DNA of 64,000 bases from the human T2T-CHM13v2.0 reference genome, Homo sapiens. The stretch is from NCBI RefSeq assembly GCF_009914755.1, contig NC_060930.1. The stretch is one strand, 5' to 3'. This document shows, in pieces, positions 1 to 15,220 of this stretch (position 1 is its first letter; each line of letters begins with the position of its first letter). The notes beneath the pieces were generated by a model. That model did no database searches and had not been told where the DNA came from. It was given only the letters and a program-made list of their open reading frames with translations. Position numbers and translations under genes: made by a program.

Positions 1-193
1 GTTGCAACCAGAGGTAAACGTCTCTCATGCATTTCACTCAGTGCCGTTGGTTATTTAGTTTTCTCTCCCCTGTACCTTTAACATCTCTTCTTGTATTTAC
101 TCTTTTTCCCTCTCCTTTTGACAACTCCATCCTCATCTGACTATTACACTGCCTGTCTCCTATCCTTGACAGCCACATTTCTTAAAAGAGTAA

Positions 194-615
<422 letters not shown>

Positions 616-619
616 CACA

Positions 620-1240
620 GTTTTACATTTGCTTCTCTTATTGTCAGCAGCATTTGACCATGGAATCCTCCTGTTAAAACCTGTCTAATCCCTTAGTTAT
701 GATAGCCTTTCTTTCTCTTATTTGCTCTCCCTCTCTGGATTGCTCTTTTCCTCTTTCCTCAGAAACCCCATAAACTTGGTATTTTTAGGGTTCTGTTTAT
801 ACAGTCTCCCTTCCCTCATTCTAAAATTCTCGTGTTCTCCCATAGTGACTTTATTTGTAACTGTGCCTTATTTAATTAATGCTGCTTACATAAATGACTT
901 CTCATTCCTAAACAGACCTTCCTTCTGACCTCCACTATTATCTGTCTGTTCCCAAGCAAAGCCTGGGAGATGTTTCAATATTCTTTCTAACCATCCGTAT
1001 CTAATCAGCTACTAAGTCTTCAGTTTACCTCCTGAAGATCTCTTGACATTAGGTATCTCTCATCTTTTATCTCCACTGGTGCCATTAGTCATATCTACTT
1101 TCCACTGGAATAGAATAATTTCTGTAACATATGTAATGCCCTGTCTTAAAAATTTGTCAGTAGCCACTTATGCCATTAAGAACAAGTACATGTTCCTCAG
1201 CAGAGTATTATATCATTTTTGGCTATGTTTATATTCTTTT
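620..1240 (+). mobile_element. L2 LINE fragment (degenerate; probably continues at 1500-1730 and 2070-2200)
   Basis: Pyrimidine-rich L2-like text; L2 3'-end-like TAAGCTCCCTGGAGGCA at ~2102; boundaries approximate. Confidence 0.45.
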
Positions 1241-1279
1241 GTCACTTTACTTTTATTAGCCTTAAGAAAGTCTGTTATA

Positions 1280-1490
1280 TTGGTTGATTCGTTAAAAGTT
1301 ATGAAATCAGATTACTGGAGCTCAAGTCTAAATTCTGTATGAATTGCACAAGTTATATAGTTCTCCTCTTTGTTTCCTACTAAAAATACCATGAGAATAA
1401 AAGTATTTACTTCACAATATTGTTGTATTAAATGAATGCTTGTTAATATTCTTGGCAAATAAATAGGGACTCAAAAATGTTGGCTATTGC
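1280..1490 (+). mobile_element. MIR SINE
   Basis: MIR core-like TTTGTTTCCT..TAAAA..GAGAATAA..TACTTCACA..TTGTTG..ATTAAATGA, ending CTCAAAAATGTTGGCTATT. Confidence 0.6.
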
Positions 1491-1706
1491 CAATTATATG
1501 TGGTTTCCATGCTGTTTTATACTATTTCAAAATGTGTGTCTTTGCATAAACCATTTCCCTCATGCAAGAATGTACTTTGACACCTTTGTTTCATCATTCA
1601 AGATTTACCTCAAACATTTCCTCTTCTCTGAATCTTTCTCAAAGCACACCTCATCCCAGCTCCTTCCCCTTTACTCAGATTGCTATTGAAATGAAAGCTT
1701 TTATGA

Positions 1707-2053
<347 letters not shown>

Positions 2054-3909
2054 TGTACTGGGTTCTAATTGTGGACTTCCTTCAGTCTCCTGCATGAGGC
2101 TCTAAGCTCCCTGGAGGCATGGCTATGTCATATGCATGTCTAACCCATCACCATTGCTCAGGTGAGAGTAAGACTGAGACTAAGTAGATTCTCAAAAGAA
2201 TTTGAAGTAAAATGACCAAATAAATTAATGAAAGGCTGGGACATATGTATGCATAAATTAAGCTTCACAGGACCATTTTTCCATAATAGTTTGCCATAAG
2301 AAGAGTTTTTGTACGTATTAATTGATTTTTAAAAATTTTCAAACTGCTTGTGGTATTTTTCTGAATGCTGAAATTGACAGTTAATCCATTCTTCCTGACT
2401 ACCAATAAGATATAGTCTCCAGCTGAGTTTCTCAGTAATACATGAATAGAGAGTGTGCTAGTAATATCACTGATTTGATGAATATGAATATACAAATAGT
2501 ATGGTTTAGAAATTAATCAAATTTCAAAATTATTTACAAATCTCTGCCTTTACTTTGTATTACCTGAATATAGGCAAAGAGAGAAAAGTTGATTACAAAC
2601 TAAATTGCCCCATTGGCTTCCTCATTTAACATCTTACACATTTTGTGTAGAAATAATTACTTTACCACATGACCAACTGTACCTTGTACTCAGAACTCTG
2701 CATAATATTAGGAAACATTAATATTGATATGATAATTATAGAAATCATCTGATCAGTTCTTGTTTATATTTTAGAGATGGTGAATACTTTTTTAAAAAGA
2801 AAGAGGATAAGCAGAAAAGGAAGAAAATGACCTACATATTAATGAAGTCTGTACATTCATCAGGAAGAATTTTCATGTCCCAAATAAAGTCTGTGATTGA
2901 TTGGTCATCTTTAAATCCTAAAACATCCGAAGAACTGGAAGATCCTGAAGAGTTATTTAGTTCTAAATATAAAGTGCTTTAAAGACAAATTGAGAAAGAC
3001 ATAGGCTTTTAACAAAAGGGAAAATAAACACTTTGGAAAATGAAATTTACTTTGAGTAGCTTTATTTGTCATTAAACTCAGTTACTCCATAAAATAGGCC
3101 CACACTTATTCTTTCCTAGACCTAATTGACCTCTTATCAGAAAGTGTTCAGTATGTTTGAGATGAAAAAGTAATCTCTAAGCTTATTGCATTGGTCATTA
3201 GCTCTTTTACAGCTATAAAACCAGAAGAGATTATAGATTTTCATCTTTTATACCAACCAGCAACAGAATGAGTGGGTTTCCTTCTGCAGCTCTCATACTC
3301 CCTTCGAGAGCTCTCAGCCCATGCAACTGTGAATTGATTTGAAAGCTAAATTATTAACTCATTATACTTGCATCCATCCTGAGTTAGAGTTTGTTCACAG
3401 AAAAAATAAGAACACCATGATTCGCCTGTCATTAAATGGCAACTGAACAAATTGCATAGTTCAGCATCTACAGGGACACGTTTGAAGTCATTCAATTGGA
3501 TTCATATCAATTTCTTGAATAACTGTAAATAGCAGTGCTTTCTGCTGGTAGGGCTTTGGGAGAACATATGTGTTTCTATTTAGTTTACTTAAATGAAACT
3601 CTCCCAACAAAGATATTGTTCTCTGTCCGTGATACCCACTTAGGACAACAAGGCATTTACTTATGGTTGGTTATCAGTAAAAGTAAATACTTTAAAGGAT
3701 AGCCCTGGAGAAAGCAAAGATAAGTTTACAAATTTTAAGGCAGTCTTAAAAGCCATTCTTTACATAGGAAAAAATAGGCTGTCTAAATGGACTTGTGCCT
3801 GATTTTCCACAAAAGTCTTTCCTCCATGCTGTCTTTTTGTAAGTTGAAAATATTTTATCAAAACATGATAATCTCTGCAGCATTATATAACGAATAACTA
3901 GAGTTGGGA

Positions 3910-4535
3910 ATGTAACATGGTGGTGAAGAGCTCAGATTCTAAATCTGTAATTGTCAGTAAACTTGACAATTATTTTTTTACTCTGTGTGCCAGATGGTCA
4001 TTTGAGCACTGGGGGTATAACAGGTAAGAGACAAAAATTCTTGCTCTTATTGAGTTTACATTTAGGTGATAAGGCAGACAATAGACAATATAAATAAATA
4101 TGGTATTTCAAATGGTGAAGTACTATGGAGAAAAGCAGCCTGGGAGAAGGGAAAGCTGGTGTGTGTTGGGGGGAGTTGGGGAAGGAGGAAGTGATTCATT
4201 TCAACTCTGATTGATTTCTGTTTTAAATAGAGTGGTCAGAGAAATTCTTCTAAGATGGGAGGATTTGTTCAAAGACCTGAAGAAGTAGGATTGCAAGCCA
4301 TTTAGATTTCTGGTGAACAAGCATTCCCACCAGAGAGAACAAAAATCTTAGTGCTGTCACTTTCTGTGTATGAGACTGAGCAACGATTGATGTTCTCTAA
4401 GCTTTAGTTTTCTGCTGTGTAATATGTGGACCATCCTAATGCCCGCCTCAAAGGAATACTGTGAAAATTAATAATGCTGTTATATATGTAGTGGAGATAT
4501 ATATTAAACACTGAATAAATGTTAGGTATTATATT
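3910..4535. mobile_element. MIR (+) interrupted by an L2 3' fragment (-, ~3975-4345)
   Basis: MIR 5' GTGGTGAAGAGCTCAGATTCT; L2 antisense TGTGTGCCAG...GAGTTTACATTTAG; MIR core resumes at ~4350. Confidence 0.55.
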
Positions 4536-4799
4536 GTTATTTGGGAATTTAGAGTTTTTCTTTCATGTCACTTTATTCAACTCCTTCACCTATTCATTAG
4601 TGCCCGGTACGATTCCTTGTTTGAAATAGGCAGCTATAGTGAAAAATATTCTACTGTTTTCAGTGGCAAATACATGTTGAGTGCTTAAGTGCTGAAATAT
4701 TAGATAGGAGAAAAATTGCTCAAGCTCTTCTTTCTCTGTTTTTAATGTTTTGCTTTACTAAAGTTATATATATAGAGTGTATATATATGTCTTTTTTTA

Positions 4800-5665
4800 A
4801 TATAATCTCCTCTCTACTCCCATTTTCCAATCGTCAGAAGCACCTCTTCAACTCTTCAGCTATTTTTCTTGATATTTGCTCCATATACTTCAGTGGCATG
4901 CTTACATTGCTGATTCTTGATTTTTTCAATTTTACACATTACCTATTCATTTCCCACAACAAGAACTGGGGATTTGGCTTCTTTCTGCCATCATATATGT
5001 CCAGTTTCGATGTCCCTATCTTACCAATACAATTATGTCATACTTTTTGTTAGATCAGTATTGTGTGGTCATGTTGTGACTATAAAGTACTCTTCACAGC
5101 TGTACCATACATATTTTTTGTTTCTCTTTGGCTTTGGTTCCCTTTTGTTAATAATGATCTTTTTTATTATTGATTTATTTGTTCACCACTTCATCCCCAA
5201 AATTCTCCCTTAGGAGTATAAATTTCGCTGAAATATGTTCCAACTTCAGTGTCCTCTTAGTTGCTGCTTCTTGGAGATGCCTTGCTGGAGCATTTCAATT
5301 AGCCATAGTCTGACCTGACTGCTCCCCAGGTCTGCTTCAGAGCTAGCCTTCATCACCGTCACCTCCTAGAGACCCTCTTTGCCTCCTCCCCCCAGTTGAA
5401 TGCTGTTTGTATATCCCATATATTTCTTATTCTTGCTTTATTCTCTTGTTTTAATAGTGTACATATCCAGGAGCTTCCAGAAAAAGGGGGCATAGGAGAT
5501 ATATTTGGACACTTTTCACATCTGAATGTCTGTTCCACTTACAATTAGTTGCCTGGATATAGACTTCTCGTATGGAAGTGATTTCTCCCTAGGGTTTTGA
5601 AGGAATTTCTTTTCTGTGCTTTAGCTTCTAATGTTGCTGTTCAAATGTCTGCTGCCATTCTTATG
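4800..5665 (-). mobile_element. Ancient L1M/HAL1-like LINE fragment
   Basis: TAGCTTCTAATGTTGCTGTTCAAATGTCTGCTGCCATTC and similar L1M-type antisense motifs; boundaries approximate. Confidence 0.4.
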
Positions 5666-6030
5666 TTTAAAAAGTTAAACATTTTATTTAATTTAAAACA
5701 TATAAATATTCATTCATTGACTGGTATTTTAGTTGTAAAGTCAAGTTTATTTCTTTGAATATGAATCCCCGATTGAATTTCCTTATAATCTCACATGAAA
5801 AACACCTGTAATGCATCATCTATAATTTGTGTTTCCTGTTCTTTAAAGAGCAGTGGATTCTAGATTTTTCATTTATTGACATGCCCCTTCCAATTTTGAC
5901 ATCCTTTTAAGCTGATCATTTTATTCCTCACTGCTTACCCAGTGTTGTGCTGTTCTGGTAGCATCACCAAAAATTACAATTATGTTTATTATTATTAATT
6001 TTTTTCATATTTTATTTTGCTTCTATTATT

Positions 6031-6486
6031 TGTCTTAGGTTGAATTATTTGGAAGTAGAACCTGAGGTGAGGATTCAAGTAAAAGCAATTTATTAGGAAG
6101 TGTTCCCAATTAAAACTGCTAGGAAAATGAGAAAGTGGTCCTGAAAAGGAAGAAGTTCACATATGAGTGTAATATCAAGGATAATGCCCTGAGGAAGCTT
6201 TGGAGACAGTGCAGAACACACCTTAGAATTATTCGGTTTACTAGCAGCAGCCAGGTTGTTTACAACCGTGTGCATTTTAGTCACTGGGTAATGGTGCCCT
6301 GGGAGGGCATAAATTCCCAGGCTCCCAGGGGTCTGGGGCAAGATGGGATCCAGCAGCTTGAGGTACCTCTCTATGGAAAGCCTTGAGTGCTGGTGTTGGA
6401 CTGAAGGCACAGCAGGTACTGGTGTTCATGATGATGGTTGAGGAATTTGAGGATATATGAGCAGACCACTGAATGAATTTGCTACA
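6031..6486 (-). mobile_element. ERVL solo LTR (LTR33-like)
   Basis: TGTCTTAGGTTG...AGAACCTGAG...GGATTC...TTTATTAGGAAGTG start, GCTACA end; TG...CA termini. Confidence 0.6.
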
Positions 6487-6849
6487 TTATTTTATAAAAA
6501 TTAGCTAATAAGAACCCAGAGTTCTCATGAACACACTACGGCTCACACAAAGATGAGTTGATAATCACCAAGAATGCTGAAAGCAAGATTACTTTGGTCT
6601 CAGTCAGGCACTCATTGCTCTTAAATCACTTGGCTCCTAATTTAGATTATGGGGAATAAAACAAACCAAGAGATGTTTTTAAATGCTTGATACATTATTA
6701 AAATTGTCTAAAAGGTAAGTGTGATTGATTATGGAACTCTAATATTTTTAGCTCTCCAGGAAATTAATCCTTATAACACCTAAAATTATTATTGGTCAAT
6801 CCTACATTCTGGTATCACACACGTTTTAAGAACACACTATTAAATTTTT

Positions 6850-7665
6850 CAAAAAGTGTTTGTTGAGGACTTACTTGTGCTAGGCACTATTTTTGTTGTT
6901 GGAGTTAAAACTTTGAGCAAGATGGACAAGGTCTCTACTCTGATGGAACATAAATTCTAGTGGGTTGAGACCATGAACAAATAATGATTAATAGAAATAT
7001 GAGATAGTGATAAATACTGTAAAGAAAACAAAATGGAATGAAGTATTATAGAGTATGTTCAAGGAGGACCCCCACCCCCACCCGCCATGGAAGAACTAAT
7101 ATATATAATCTAAGGCATGAATGATATGAAAGAGCCAAGCATGGGAAAACCTGAGGAAAAATTACTCCAAGGACAGGGAACTCTGGTGCAAAGAGAGGGA
7201 TGAGGTTGTTGTTAGAAAATCTGAAAGAAATTTATGTATTTGGAGTGTCAGGGCAAAAAGAAAAGATGAGGTTCAAAGTTATTCAGGGCCAAATAATGAA
7301 AATCCTTGTAGGCCATGGGAAAGAATTTTGTGTTTCTTTCACTTTGTTTTAAGAGTCATGGGAAGCTATGAGAATTTTAAGCAGTGCACTGACGTGATCT
7401 TTATATTTTTGAAGGTTTCTCTGAAGTGTGTATGCAAAATGCAGGCGAGAGGAGAGAAAGGGGAACTTTATAGGAGGGCATTTCTTTAGAATGAGGCATG
7501 ATACTGGAGTCAAAGAGAAGTAGGCAGATTCTGAAAATTATGTGGAGGTAGAATTGACAGGTTATATTTATGGAGAATAGATAAGGGACTGAGGAAAGAG
7601 TGAACTCACAGATTCCTAGGTGATTGTCAGGAGAGACTGGATGGATGGTTGGACCATTTTCTGAT
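6850..7665 (-). mobile_element. L2 LINE 3' region
   Basis: TTTGTTGAGGACTTACTTGTGCTAGGCACT and GTAGGCCATGGGAAAGAATTTTG typical of antisense L2. Confidence 0.7.
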
Positions 7666-8771
7666 CTTTCGTTATGCCTATAATTATCAAGTACAATTGA
7701 TTTGAAGCAGCATTGCTGTACTCTTTATTGTATGTAGAGTTTAACTATAGGTAAATGCACGCTGTTCATTCAGACCTTTGTGCTTTGTGATGATGATTTT
7801 TGCCCTTTTCCTGTTTGTTTATTTATTTATTTATTGTTAAAACAATGTTTTGACATACAGGAGGAGCAAGAAAAAATATCTGCTCATATTATGCCATCTG
7901 CTCCTTTTTAATTTCTTTCAAGGAAATTCTCCAAGGGAGTATCTTGTCTCATTGATGCCCATTTCATTGTCAGAGACCATTACATCCCAGGTTTTAACCC
8001 TGACCTGTCCTGTGGCTGTCAGAACTGGCTTACTGGAGACATTTTTTTCCACCATGGAGAGCACTTAGCTGTGCATCCTGCCGGACTTCTAGGAAGGAGA
8101 TGGTTTCCTTCCCTCTTCTGCTGAATTCAGGCTGAATTCCTAAATTCTGGTTTGTGACACCATTGTGTTATATTGTATTTGTAACTCAGTAGATTCATTA
8201 ATTATTTCTGATTTTAAAAAATCACATGAGAAACATTCCAAATTTTCTGGTTAATCTAAGTAATCTCTTGTCTTTGACTGCTAGACCCTGATCTCAGAAG
8301 CATGCCGGCTTGTTTACAGCCCTGACTGGGAAAAGGCATGAGTAGGGGGAAATGGATATTGCACACCATCATTATTGAATACATTTTAGCAGCCATGTGA
8401 ATTAGAGTAGCTCTTAATAAAGAGCTTGAAGGAGCTTATTTTGGCACTAAGTGAAATAATTCCTTAGAAAACAAAATACTAATGCAATTTTAAAATATAT
8501 TTCACTTCTCTAGAAATATATATTTTTCAGAATATTGGCTCTTATTATAATGAGATGCAAAAATATTATGTGAAAAAGGGTTCATAAAAATTGAATTGGC
8601 CTATAAAATATTTTTATCACTTCTTCTGATTATAAAAATATGTCTATTGTAGAAAATTGAAAAAATTATAAAGTCATAAAGAAGAAAATAAAAACAACTT
8701 GTAATCCCACTGTCAGAAGACAACTGTGGTTACCATTATTGGATAATTCTTTGATCTTTTCTCGCTATTCC

Positions 8772-8815
8772 TACATACATACATACATACATATATATAT
8801 GTGTGTGTGTGTGTA
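8772..8815. repeat. (TACA)n(TA)n(TG)n microsatellite
   Basis: Seen directly. Confidence 0.85.
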
Positions 8816-10265
8816 CATACACCTATATAAAGGATATGAATATTTTAAACTATATAGAGATTTTAATGATTTGAGCTCATACTGTTTGTACTATTTTATA
8901 CGACTTTTCCATATTATTATAGGTGCATTGGAAAATTTAATGACTGCATTATATTTTACATACCATAATATATTTGTCCTGTTTTTCCATTTGGGGACAT
9001 TTAGGTTGTTTCCATTATTTTTAGAAACTCAGATTTTTCTTTTATAATAAATAACACTGAAACGAATAGTTTTCTAAACACATTTTTTTACAGGTTTTCT
9101 CACTGTTTCCTTAGCATAAATTCCTAAAATGGAGTTATTTGGTTAAAATGTATGAACATGTAAAGGTTCTTTTTATTTATTAGCAAATAACTTACTATAT
9201 GCATAAAAGTATGATATGCCTTGTTAATTTTTGCCAACTTGATTTTTAAAAAATGTAATTTGCTTGTTTCATTTTGCCTTACTTTGATTATTGGTGAGGT
9301 TAAACATTTACTCATACATTTATTTACCATTCATATTTATTCTACGAAATGCCATTCATGTTTTTACACATGCTTCTTATTAGTGTTTTTGTGGGGTATC
9401 TATATTTTAATGATTGATTTGTAAGGTAGGTATCGTACTCATATTTGTTTTAAGTATGTTTTCTAATCGGACTTTTCTTAAATTTTTTACAAAACGTTAT
9501 TGATATAGAGAGGTTTTAAGGTTTATATAATTAAACCTATTTGCCTTTTCTTTTGTAGTTTTATCCCATATTTCAGTGCTTAGAGACATTAAGCTGGAAA
9601 ATATCTACTTGTCTTCTATAGCTTTACTTAAAATTTTAATCAATATAGAATTTATTTGATTTACAATTTTGGATATGCTAAAATAGAATTTTATTTATAA
9701 TTTTTATTAAACTTCCCTACCTTCATTTGTTGACTAATTTGATCCTTTGTGAAATTTCCTTTACAAAATTGTTTTTGTTATTATTATTATTACTATGTAT
9801 TAGTACATATCAAGTTCATATATACCCCAGGAAGTTTCAGGGCAGTCTCTCAGTTCTGCTATTCTGTCAGTCTTTCGTATGACCACATTGTTATAATTGT
9901 TTCAATATGTGTATATACACACCCAAGTCATTTTTTGGTGTGTTTAGCTATTTTTTTGTTTATTTAGACTACCAGATAAAATAGTTCTGAGACCCTATTT
10001 ATTTCTTTCACTGGAATTTCATTAAATTTTACTGGTAATTTGCTATAGTCTCAGAAGTCTGTCTGCTCATACATATCTGCAACCGAAAAATATACAATAT
10101 TTCTCCATTCTTTCAAAATTATTTTTATGTTTCTCTATAAAATTATGTTTTATACATAGATGTATCCCATCATGTTGTGCTCGAATATTTTAGGTTGTTT
10201 ATGATTTTTCAGCTATTTAGATTATAAGTTGATTTTTGCTTTAACCAGCTTTGCATATACATAGC

Positions 10266-10774
10266 TGTATTTAGTAGGGATTTTCCAGAGAACAGAACCA
10301 ATAGGATATGTATACACAAACAGTCATATATATACATACACACACACACAAGATTTTATAAAGGATTTGCTCACGTGTTTATGGCAGCTGAGAAGTCCCA
10401 CAATTTGCTGTCTGCAAGCTAGAGACCCAGGAAAGCCAGTGGTGTAGTTTAAAAGCCTAAGAACTGATGAGCTGTTGGTAGGGAGTCCAGTGCCAGTCTG
10501 AAGGCCTGAAAACAAGGAGCATGGAGGGTAGCAGAAGACTGATACTTTCAGCTCAAGCAGTCAAGCAGAGAGTGAATTGAACCTTCTCCCTTTTTATTCT
10601 ATTCAAGTCCTCCAGGGATTGGATGCTGCCCACCCACATTGGGGAGGGCCATCTGCTTTTCTCAGTCCACTAATTCAAATGCCAATCTTTTCTGGAAAGA
10701 TTCTCATAGACATACTCAGAAATAATGTTTAATCTGTGGCCCAGTCTAGTTGGCACATAAAATTAACTGTCATA
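10266..10774 (-). mobile_element. MLT2B-type ERVL LTR
   Basis: TCCAGAGAACAGAACCAATAGGA...CACATAAAATTAACTGTCATA; imperfect 5-bp TSD ATAGC/ATTGC. Confidence 0.85.
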
Positions 10775-11827
10775 ATTGCATAAACATTAATTATTATAAT
10801 TTAAACTTTTATCCTGTCTTATTGATTTAAATATATAACTTTTTTCACTTGTTTTTCAGGCACAAAAATTACCCCAAAATATTGATAATGTTATCTTCTC
10901 ATTTCTAATACTTTTTGCTATTTCATGTCTGATACTGTTGGCTAAAATTTCTAGAAAATTATAATAACAATTAGAAATGTGTTTTTCTTTTGGTCCAGAT
11001 TTTATTAGAAATCTATCTTTTGTTTTTACTTTTGATATTCTGTGGGCCTAATATTATTTAACATATAAATTATTCTGTTTTTATTTTCCCAGGAAGTGCA
11101 TTTAAAATCAAGTGTGCATATTAAGATTTATTAAATGCCTTTTTAGTTTCTATTAAATTTGTCACTTTTTCTTTGACCTGTTATTATGCAACATTTGCTA
11201 TGTAGATTTCTGAATCTTAAACCATCCTTGTATTATTGGGGTATTCCTTACCAGATCATAATAGCTGAAGCTTTTAATGTATTAATGAATTTAGAATACT
11301 TATATTTTATGACACATATTCATCTATAATTGGAATTTTAGATGGGCATATGGAATGTATGGGAAATAGATTTCAAGCCAACTACAATCCTTCAGTGGTA
11401 ACAAGCATTACTATGTTGAGAATTACTGTGAAGTTGCAGGTTCAGTCCCATGCACTCTAGGTAATGATGGAATGTGCTAAGTGGTGACTGAATGCCCTGT
11501 AGACAGAAGTCTGTATTTGTATGCTTTTATCTTTCAAGTCTGCCTCCTCCTGTTCCTGCCCCTGTTCTTTAGTGCTATTTTGAGAAAATGTTGATGTTGG
11601 GAGTGGAGTTATGCTTCATTAAATTGATTAGCTAAGTTTTTGAACACATAATTAAATTATGTAGTATGGCCTTTAAAACTCTGAGAAGTTTTTAGTAAAC
11701 TTTATTTTCTGGGATGGTTTTCGAAAGTAACTTTTAATTATAATTTTTGATAATTATTTTACTGTATTTCTTTGTGATTTGTTCAATTTCGTTAGTTAAT
11801 TTTAGCTTTTAATAAATTGTAATTATC

Positions 11828-12117
11828 GCCGGGTGTGGTGGCCTACGCCTGTAATCCCAGCACTTTGGGAGGCTGTGGGGGGCAGATCACCTGAGGCCGG
11901 GAGTTCAAGATCAGCCTGACCAACATGGAGAAACCCTGCCTTTACTTAAAATCCAAAATTAGCCAGGCTTGGTGGTGCATGCCTGTAATCCCAGCTACTC
12001 AGTAGGCTGATGCAGGAGAATTGCTTGAACCCGGGAGGCGGAGGTTGTGGTGAGCTGAGATTGCACCATTGCAGTCCACCCTGGACTACAAGAGTGAAAC
12101 TCCATCTCAAAAAAAAA
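11828..12117 (+). mobile_element. AluSp
   Basis: CAGCCTGACCAACATGGAGAAACC and GGTTGTGGTGAGC diagnostics; TSD AAATTGTAATTATC. Confidence 0.93.
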
Positions 12118-13279
12118 AAATTGTAATTATCCAGATTTTCTAGAAAAATACATAATATTTTCTGAGGTAATTTTTCCCTTATAACTTTAAATAACTTTCA
12201 TATGTACACTTTTCCATTTCTTACTGAATTAGTCATTTCCTTCCTTTTATTAGGTTCAACTATTCTATTATTTTTTAAAGATGTCAGAACCTTTGTTCAG
12301 TCAGTTGTCAAGACCTGTCATTGTCAACCTTTTAATTTTGTCCGGACTTCTATTTTTATTTTTATTGCCATTGATTTCTTCAGGCTTGCTTTTTCTTTTC
12401 TTGCTTTCCTTTTTTTGGTTTACATTACCAGAACCTTTTAAAACCCTTTTCCTGCAGGCTATACTCCATGTTGTGTTCAGAATAATTTTTCAAACTCCAA
12501 ATATGATAATATATTCATTATTTAAATTTTTGAATTATTGTTTATCTTCGGGGTAAACTTCAAGTCCTGTAACATGGTTCCACCCACTACTGATGCTCTG
12601 AATGCTGCCTGCCTTTCAACTGTTTCCTTTCTTTCTGTACTCTATATTTTGGCATTGCTGGACCTGTAATGCCCATCTCTCCACTGCCTCTCCTTCGTTC
12701 TCCCTTCCAACCTCCCCCTCCTCCCTGCACCACTCATAGCCTTGCCTACCTGGTGGCAAACTACTACTCAGAAGTTCACTCCAAAATGACTTCTGCATGG
12801 TTGATTTTCTTGCCCTTACTCTCAGAGATAGTACTTTTTCCTACATTCTGCACTCTGCCTTTTTTTCCAATACTGAAAATGAGTGGCTTTAATTTTTTTT
12901 AGAAGACTCTGTTTTCTTTAAAAAGCATCTTAACCTCTAAGGCTTAGAAAAGAAATAGTATGTACTATGACATGCAAATAATTGCATTGAGAGTTCTCAT
13001 GATTGTATTCCTTTTCTAGGCATTGTCATGCTTCTTGGGAGCTGAGTTGAACTGTTGGGGCTAGAAAGTCATCACAGCTATGCCCTCAGTTCAAGATCAA
13101 ATGGAACTTGATATAAATAACCCAAATGCTTTTTGTGAATATGCTTCATGTCTGCTGCTCAGATGTGTCTATTTATGTAGTATGGTTATCTTGTCTCCAA
13201 TAGGTAAATCTAAAGGATATAGTTGATCCATAATGCAGAATTTCATATTCTGTCCTGTATGTCCTGGCCCACCCCATTT

Positions 13280-14435
13280 TGTATTGGGGTGAAGGCTAAG
13301 TTGCTATAACAAAGAAATCTGAAATACAGTGGCTTTTAAGAACATATCAATTCTCATTGCTCATGTAATATTCTTGAAATTAGTGCTCCAGGTTATTGAC
13401 ACAGCTCTGCTCCTGGTGATCATTCAGGAGCTCAGGTTCTTTCTACCTTGTCTTTCCACTGTCACCTAATGACATGTTCACAACTAGGACACAAGCACCT
13501 CAATGTTCTAGCTAATAGGAAGGAGGAGCATCTGTTTTGAGAGCCCCCAGCTAAATTGGGGTACCAGTACCAGAGTGACTGGCAACCCTGCCTTAAAGAG
13601 AAATAAAGGGGAGCTGGACAGACATGGCTGTTTCCAGTGTACCTTTCACAGGATACTTCTTTCACATAGTGGACAGCCTGATGCCTATTTGTCCAACTTG
13701 TGACCAGGGGATCCTTCACACAGACAACTTGTTAATATTGGCAGATGCCCTTATGACTCTTGTCTGACCTGTGTTCAGTTTATACTTGCCTGACATTGCT
13801 CTGGTGCTGGGAGCCTGAGCTCATGTTCTCCCTGGTGTCTTGGGGGAAGCCCAGGCTGGGGAGTCCCTGGTTCTTCAGATGGATAGAACAAATTCAATAT
13901 ACTACTGCAGTAGGAAACAAGTTCAAAGGTTTTTACTTACAGATCCTGGGCGAGAAGGGCACAATGATTTGGGTAGAGCTGAGAAGAGTCAGTCAGGGAG
14001 AGAAGAGCACGAGGCATTTTGCAGTATATGTAAGGGACTAGAGCATGGATCATTAAGTTCTCACTATTAAAGGATAAAGCAGGAAAGTAGGGATCCCAGT
14101 TTGTTAGGTGGGAGAGAAGTTATCTCTGTCCACTGGCTTGTGCCATTTGGGTGTGGCATAGAACTGGAAATATGTCAAGGTCTAGTGAGCCCTGCTGCTG
14201 ATAGAAGAAAGTTAAATTTCTATTCCAAATGAATGCCAAAGCTACATAAAATTATAAGAATTCACTACAGGATCCCAGGCCCAGAAATGGCACATGTCAC
14301 TTCTGCTTGAATTCATTTAAAGAGACCTTAGTTGCACGGAAATACCTGCATGGGAGGCTTAAAAACATAGCTTGGCAGCTGTAGCACCATTACTGGTTAA
14401 GGAGAGAATGGATGGTCCACTAGCCACTGCCATCA
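13280..14435 (-). mobile_element. Old MaLR LTR (MLT1J/K-like), split by an ERVL LTR
   Basis: GCTAAGTTGCTATAACAAAG...CAGTGGCTT start; resumes CCAGAAATGGCACATGTCACTTCTGC at ~14281. Confidence 0.5.
13470..14269 (-). mobile_element. ERVL solo LTR (MER54-like)
   Basis: Right end CATAAAATTATAAGAATTCACTACA is the reverse complement of the recalled MER54-type 5' end; left boundary approximate. Confidence 0.6.
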
Positions 14436-14929
14436 CACATCTCTATTTCAAGAACTGCGTATTTGAAAATAATAGTTTGGGCCTTAATGTATTAAAAGGA
14501 ACTCTAAAAGATGGAAGCACAGAATGTATTATTGCCTTTATTTTAAAACTACCAGTTAGTTAGAACTTATCAGAATAAAAATATTGCTTATTTAATGTAT
14601 CTCAATATGCTTTGATTGAGTCACTTTGGTGTAATGCAAGGTTGAAGTAATGGTTTTCAGACCGTATAACCATAAAAAATAAAGGTGTTTAAAATTTTTC
14701 ATCTTCAATTCCTATGCAACTGTAAAAAGCTATCTTTGATAGAGTGGCAAATATTTCTCTAAAAGCAACTAATTCAGAGATATTCTTTAGTCAGCTTTAG
14801 TGTGAATGAAAAGAATTAGCAAATATAATTCTGTAGATTTTCACCAAAGTTATATTACAGGGTGGGCAAGGCTGTGAGCAAGAAAAAAGCTTAACAGGAA
14901 CCACAAATGGTGTACTGAGTTAGGTGTGA

Positions 14930-15220
<291 letters not shown>

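Larger units (their letters stand above)
8600..11330 (-). mobile_element. Ancient L1ME-type LINE fragments (interrupted by MLT2)
   Basis: GGACATTTAGGTTGTTTCCA, ATTCCTAAAATGGAGTTATTTGG, AACCATCCTTGTATT; T-rich antisense L1 text. Confidence 0.6.

Noticed and set aside
6712-6720. Perfect splice donor AAG|GTAAGT
   Set aside because: No convincing upstream acceptor or exon; expected by chance in 64 kb.
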